A DNA stretch of 52,743 nt from a virus (lineage: Duplodnaviria; Caudoviricetes), in IMG/VR virus record IMGVR_UViG_3300036828_000508, positions 1 to 52,743 of that record. One strand, 5' to 3'. Position numbers and translations under genes: made by a program. Position 1 is the first letter of the stretch. Every line of letters starts with the position of its first letter. Below are positions 48,181 to 52,743 of the stretch, piece by piece. Below the pieces are notes generated by a model. That model ran no database searches, was not told the origin of the DNA, and worked only from the letters and a program-made list of their open reading frames with translations.

Positions 48181-48729
48181 ATGAACCTGCTTTATTGCGC
48201 CAATGGTCTGGTTCTGGGCTGGCATGACGACGCGGCTCCTCCGGTACCTCTCGCCTCGTACGGCAGCGGTGTTCGAATCATCCCCTATGATCAGCCGATC
48301 GGATCGTTGAGTCGCGTCGGACCGCCGCCGCCCGATAAATATCCACTCGCCGACCCCCGGCCCTATGGCCAGCCGACCGAAACACCGGTGCTGCTGAAAG
48401 CTTATGCCTCGCAGGTGCGCTACAATGTAACGACGGCAGGCGTCGTCGAGCCGATCTCCGCACAGACAATTTACACTGATCGCATGAGCCAGATGTTGAT
48501 CGGTAACCTGGCTATCTATGCCAAGACGTTGGCACCAACCGCTGCGATAGATTTCACGCAGGCCAATCAGCACATCGCAATGACAGCGCAGCAGGTGATC
48601 AATCTGGATACTCAGATCAGTCAGCTGGTGCAGCAGTGCCGCAGCATCGAGGCACAGTGCTTCACCGACATCGATGCCGCCACGCTGGCGACTTACGACG
48701 ACGTTGATGCTCGCTTTGCAGGCGTGTGA
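48181..48729 (+). CDS. Tail-fibre-associated protein (DUF4376-like)
   Basis: LKAYASQVRY...TDRMSQ; position. Confidence 0.55.
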   Translation: MNLLYCANGLVLGWHDDAAPPVPLASYGSGVRIIPYDQPIGSLSRVGPPPPDKYPLADPRPYGQPTETPVLLKAYASQVRYNVTTAGVVEPISAQTIYTDRMSQMLIGNLAIYAKTLAPTAAIDFTQANQHIAMTAQQVINLDTQISQLVQQCRSIEAQCFTDIDAATLATYDDVDARFAGV

Positions 48730-49112
48730 TGGCCGGTCCTTGTTACTATGAAGCGCTGATGAACGTCGCGCTCAACGAGGACTGGATCGTTCCGATTCAA
48801 TATGGCTATTTCGATACTGATGGCGTTACCGTGCTGCCGATCGATCTGACCGGATCGATGTTGAAGCTGGAAATCCGGGTGCAGGAAACCGATCACGAGG
48901 CGATTGTCTATGTGGCGTCGCCCGATCAGGGTATCAGTTTTTTCGAGGACGACCCGACTAATGGGCAATTTATTATCACAATTGATCGCGGCAAGCTGCT
49001 GCGGTTATGGGCCGGCACATTCTTCACCGATCTCGTGCGCCTGCAAACCAATGGCTATCAGGAACGAATTTTCGAAGGCACCGCAATCGTAGTCACCGGA
49101 ACAACGCGATGA
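48729..49112 (+). CDS. Hypothetical tail-region protein
   Basis: PIDLTGS, IFEGT. Confidence 0.55.
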   Translation: MAGPCYYEALMNVALNEDWIVPIQYGYFDTDGVTVLPIDLTGSMLKLEIRVQETDHEAIVYVASPDQGISFFEDDPTNGQFIITIDRGKLLRLWAGTFFTDLVRLQTNGYQERIFEGTAIVVTGTTR

Positions 49113-49876
49113 CGCAGCTTGCAGAATTCGGCAACGGCACCAATCGGCTGCAGCTGGTGCCTAACGCTGTGCCCATTGCCGGCGGTCCGTCGCTGATCGT
49201 GCCGCAAGTCGGGCCAGCGGGGCCGCCAGGGCCACCGGGGCCAATCGGTCCGCAGGGACCGCAAGGCCCGGCAGGCCCTGCTGGTGCGCAAGGCTCGGCT
49301 GGCGGCGACGGTGCCCAAGGGCCGCAAGGAGAGACTGGGCCTGCTGGGCCTGCCTATGGCGGCACCAGCACGACGGCACTGACGATTGCCACTGGCTCGC
49401 AGGTGTTCTCGACGCAGGCCGCAATGGCCTATGTGCCGGGGCAGCGTCTGCGCGCCATGTCGGCGGCAAGCCCGACTACCAATTTCATGGAAGGCTTCAT
49501 TACCGCCTACACCGGCAACAATCTTACCATCAACGTTGACGCGATCGGCGGCAGCGGCAGCCATGGCGATTGGTCGTTCGGGCCGGCCGGGCAGCAGGGT
49601 GCAGTCGGTCCAATAGGACCAACTGGCTCGACCGGCTCTGTCGGACCAGCCGGCCCGATCGGATTGACTGGCCCTGGCTACATGGCGACCTCAACATCGT
49701 CGCTGCCGATCGCGGTCGGCACGATCTCACTCTCGACACAGTCCGGCTTGGCTTATACCCCTGGCGCGCGCATTCGATTGGCGTCGCGCAGTCAGCCGGC
49801 AAAGTGGATGGAGGGTGTCGTCGCGACTTACTCCGGAACATCGATGACCGTCAGCATCGACCTCATTTCACCATAA
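49109..49876 (+). CDS. Collagen-like fibre protein
   Basis: GXY tracts alternating with TSTT.L.I..G...MEG.I.AY.G modules. Confidence 0.75.
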   Translation: MTQLAEFGNGTNRLQLVPNAVPIAGGPSLIVPQVGPAGPPGPPGPIGPQGPQGPAGPAGAQGSAGGDGAQGPQGETGPAGPAYGGTSTTALTIATGSQVFSTQAAMAYVPGQRLRAMSAASPTTNFMEGFITAYTGNNLTINVDAIGGSGSHGDWSFGPAGQQGAVGPIGPTGSTGSVGPAGPIGLTGPGYMATSTSSLPIAVGTISLSTQSGLAYTPGARIRLASRSQPAKWMEGVVATYSGTSMTVSIDLISP

Positions 49877-49885
49877 GGATCAACC

Positions 49886-50935
49886 GTGACTTACACCGAT
49901 TGGGATATCAACGTCGCCGGTGCGCAAGGCCCTACTGGCGGCATTCCCGAAGCTCCGGTCGACAGCAATACTTACGGACGGCAAAACGCAGCATGGGCTC
50001 AAGTCGCGGCAAAGTCTTACGTCGACAATACGCCAGCCCTCAACAACGTCGGCCGCAACCTGCTGCACAACTCGCTGTTCAACATCCAGCAGCGGGGCGC
50101 CGGGCCGTGGACGGCCTCCGCATACACTGCCGACCGCTGGAGCATGAACATCGCTGCCCCCGACACGGCCACGTTTGCCATTTATGGCGTAACCGATGGG
50201 ATACGTTCGCAGGCCGGCGACGAAGCAATGCGGTTCTTTCTGGAATGCAATTTTACCGGGACCGCCACCGGACAGACCCAACTCAATCAGGAGATCGAGG
50301 GGGTACGGCGTCTGGCGAATAAGACGGTTACACTATCATTTTATGCTCAGGCTGGCGTCGCTGGGACTAAGCTGGAATTCGTGTTTACGCAAAGCTTTGG
50401 CACCGGCGGCAGTGCTTCGGCGGCGGTATACATTAGTGCGCCGTCAGTAACTCTCACCACCGCAATGGCCCGGTACAGCCTGACATTGGCTCTGCCATCG
50501 ATCGCCGGAAAAACCTTGGGCACCAATGGCGACGATTTCACTCAAGTGATTTTTCTGTTCAACCAAGGCGCGGGAGGTTTTATACAATCCGGCATAGTCA
50601 ATCTCTGGGGCATTCAACTCGAAGTCGGCTCCGTCGCGACGCTGCTGGAAAAGCCCGACCCGCAGCAGGACTTGGCGAAGTGTCAGCGATTTTATCAGAC
50701 TGGCAATTTCCGTTTAATCCTTTATCAATTGACCGGCACCTCCGTCGGGGTGGCTCATCCTTTTCCAGTAATAATGCGGGCAAGCCCGACAGTGGTGCCG
50801 AATTATACGGTCAACTCCAATGTGACTGGTCCTAGCGTGGCTTGGGATAACACCATGCTCTTTGTAAGCGCGACAGTCATCACGACGGGGGCTGTGGTGA
50901 TAGGCGGTGGCTTCACCGCCTCAGCGGACCTCTGA
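49886..50935 (+). CDS. Tail fibre-like protein
   Basis: GRNLLHNSLFNIQQRG, YTADRW, QLEVGSVAT, LAKCQRFYQ. Confidence 0.7.
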   Translation: MTYTDWDINVAGAQGPTGGIPEAPVDSNTYGRQNAAWAQVAAKSYVDNTPALNNVGRNLLHNSLFNIQQRGAGPWTASAYTADRWSMNIAAPDTATFAIYGVTDGIRSQAGDEAMRFFLECNFTGTATGQTQLNQEIEGVRRLANKTVTLSFYAQAGVAGTKLEFVFTQSFGTGGSASAAVYISAPSVTLTTAMARYSLTLALPSIAGKTLGTNGDDFTQVIFLFNQGAGGFIQSGIVNLWGIQLEVGSVATLLEKPDPQQDLAKCQRFYQTGNFRLILYQLTGTSVGVAHPFPVIMRASPTVVPNYTVNSNVTGPSVAWDNTMLFVSATVITTGAVVIGGGFTASADL

Positions 50936-50936
50936 C

Positions 50937-51116
50937 ATGACACAGCCATATCAGCTGCTCCCGAAGCCCCTCGGCGCGCCGACGCAGATGATCCTGCGGG
51001 TAGCCGACAACGCCACCATCCCTAGCGATCCGGCAAATCGGGACTTTCAAGAATTTCTCGCGTGGATCGAGCAGGGCAATGAGCCCGATCCCGCGCCAGT
51101 GCCTAATGCCAAATAA
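50937..51116 (+). CDS. Small tail-fibre chaperone-like protein
   Basis: [16 protein letters not shown]. Confidence 0.6.
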   Translation: MTQPYQLLPKPLGAPTQMILRVADNATIPSDPANRDFQEFLAWIEQGNEPDPAPVPNAK

Positions 51117-51184
51117 TTGCCAAGGCTGCGAGCGCCGCCGAGTGCAACTCGCTGCCCTTTGGACGCAGCTATGGAAATCAACTC

Positions 51185-52345
51185 ATGGCCATCGTGCCTT
51201 GGCAGTGCGCCAGCGGCGACGCGCCCTCGGTCACGCTGCCGTGCGCGACGACCGTAGCGCTCGCGCCGCCCGACGATAGCGTCGACACCAATCAAGTCGT
51301 CATCACTGGCAACGGTGCCATCGAATCATTTGGGCCGCCGCCAGGACCGCAGATAATCGATCCAGCCGATCCGCCGGTCCCGGTCGGCATCACTAAAAAA
51401 GTCACGTTCGAGCCGACGTCGCCGACAGCGCCGATTTCGCTTATTCATAATGGCACGACGCTAAGTTTGCTCGGCGGCGTCTCCAGGACGATCAGCAACA
51501 AATCGATCGGCGTTTATGCCTGCGATCCTGCCGGCAATTGGTCCGAGCAGTCATTCACCGATACGACAGTTGGCGATGGCGGCGGCGGCGGTAGCACGCC
51601 TGGCCCTCCGGGGCCGACCGGCCCAGAAGGCCCAGCAGGTCCACCCGGTGCAACCGGCCCGGCAGGTCCTACCGGCCCACAAGGCGCAACAGGCCCGCAA
51701 GGCTCAACTGGCGCGACCGGATCGGCTGGACCGCAAGGTCCGGCGGGGCCGCAGGGCCTGCAGGGAATTCCGGGTGTTGCGGGCTCGACCGGCGCGACTG
51801 GCCCGCAGGGCAATCCAGGGCCGGCTGGCGCAACCGGCCCAGCGGGCGCGACAGGTCCTGCTGGCCCAGCCGGTGCTGACAGCACGGTGCCGGGGCCCGC
51901 TGGCGCAACCGGCCCAGCGGGCGCGACAGGTCCCGTTGGCCCAGCCGGTGCTGACAGCACGGTGCCGGGGCCCGCTGGCGCAACCGGCCCGACAGGTGCG
52001 GCCGGTCCCGTTGGCCCAGCTGGCGCTGATAGCACAGTGCCGGGGCCGCCCGGGGCAACAGGCTCAACAGGCGCAACAGGCCCAGCTGGCCCGACAGGTG
52101 CGACCGGCGCTGCCAGTACGGTGCCGGGCCCGGCCGGTCCCAGCTATTTGGCGACCTCGGCGACGGCGATGCCGATCGCAAAAGGCAGCGTGACATTCAC
52201 GACGCAGGCCGGCTCCGCCTATAGCGTCGGCGCTCGCATCCGGCTGGCGTCGCGCGGCGCGCCAACTACAACCTGGATGGAGGGCGTCATCACTGCGTAT
52301 TCGGGCACGTCGATGACCGTCAATGTCGATCTCACAGGACCATAA
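51185..52345 (+). CDS. Collagen-like fibre protein
   Basis: Long GXY tract with tandem [15 protein letters not shown] repeats. Confidence 0.75.
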   Translation: MAIVPWQCASGDAPSVTLPCATTVALAPPDDSVDTNQVVITGNGAIESFGPPPGPQIIDPADPPVPVGITKKVTFEPTSPTAPISLIHNGTTLSLLGGVSRTISNKSIGVYACDPAGNWSEQSFTDTTVGDGGGGGSTPGPPGPTGPEGPAGPPGATGPAGPTGPQGATGPQGSTGATGSAGPQGPAGPQGLQGIPGVAGSTGATGPQGNPGPAGATGPAGATGPAGPAGADSTVPGPAGATGPAGATGPVGPAGADSTVPGPAGATGPTGAAGPVGPAGADSTVPGPPGATGSTGATGPAGPTGATGAASTVPGPAGPSYLATSATAMPIAKGSVTFTTQAGSAYSVGARIRLASRGAPTTTWMEGVITAYSGTSMTVNVDLTGP

Positions 52346-52350
52346 AAACC

Positions 52351-52743
52351 ATGGAGCTCATCGGCAAAGTCTCAAGCTTCGGGGGGCCCGGCGACATGGG
52401 TGTCGCGCCTGATGAGCCCTTGGCTTTCATCTATGACGTCGACGACGCGCCGCATCTGTTCCTCGATGAACAACCCGAGGGTACGACCGGGCTGGCGCGC
52501 CGATTAAATCCGGAGGTTTTTTACATCGCTTGCCGCTGGGACTACGACGAGACACCGCGCGATATACTGCTGTCGTTTAAGGCGCTGGTGCGCTCGGCAG
52601 ACGGTCTCGCTTTCGAGGCTTACCCCGCCGATTGGGGACCGCATGAAGACACCGACCGCGTCGCCGATATCAGCCCCGGCCTGATGGACGCTCTGGGCAT
52701 TGAAACCGATGACGAGGTGCAGGTGATTTTCCCGGCGCCGTTC
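52351..52743 (+). CDS. Putative RlpA/double-psi-barrel-like protein, continuing across the junction to TAG at 134-136
   Basis: Translated by eye: MELIGKVSSFGGP...YIACRW...PADWGP...RVADISPGL; lies upstream of the amidase on the circle. Confidence 0.55.
   Translation, partial: MELIGKVSSFGGPGDMGVAPDEPLAFIYDVDDAPHLFLDEQPEGTTGLARRLNPEVFYIACRWDYDETPRDILLSFKALVRSADGLAFEAYPADWGPHEDTDRVADISPGLMDALGIETDDEVQVIFPAPF

Noticed and set aside
49886-51116. Diversity-generating retroelement at the tail fibres
   Set aside because: No reverse transcriptase and no template/variable repeat pair seen

Overview
The window is a complete, circular temperate phage genome of about 52.6 kb; bases 1-127 repeat 52617-52743, consistent with an assembly overlap. 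High GC and gene content suggest an alphaproteobacterial (Rhizobiales-like) host, which is inference. It encodes a tyrosine integrase, YqaJ/RecT recombination, a primase-helicase, HNH/terminase packaging, an HK97-type head and a Mu-like contractile tail. The standout feature is in the leftward early operon: a lone Cas7/RAMP-like gene (8212-8973, -), a perfect 14-bp hairpin, then a 1.8-kb non-coding array. The array has a strict 5-nt period of fixed triplet (GGC/GCA/GGA) plus variable NN, and is cut into about 28 units by GGCAGGA, with unit lengths of 5n+4. A probable partner gene follows. A single orphan unit with its own terminator lies 17 kb away, upstream of the capsid gene. This looks like a non-CRISPR RNA-guided system whose guide is written in the variable dinucleotides. 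Other notable items: a 260-nt group I intron in the tail sheath gene with a free-standing GIY-YIG endonuclease beside it, a second capsid paralogue, two PEP-CTERM/VPLPA-like surface proteins, and a -1 frameshift in the tail chaperone. All calls are by eye from motifs and synteny; no searches were run.
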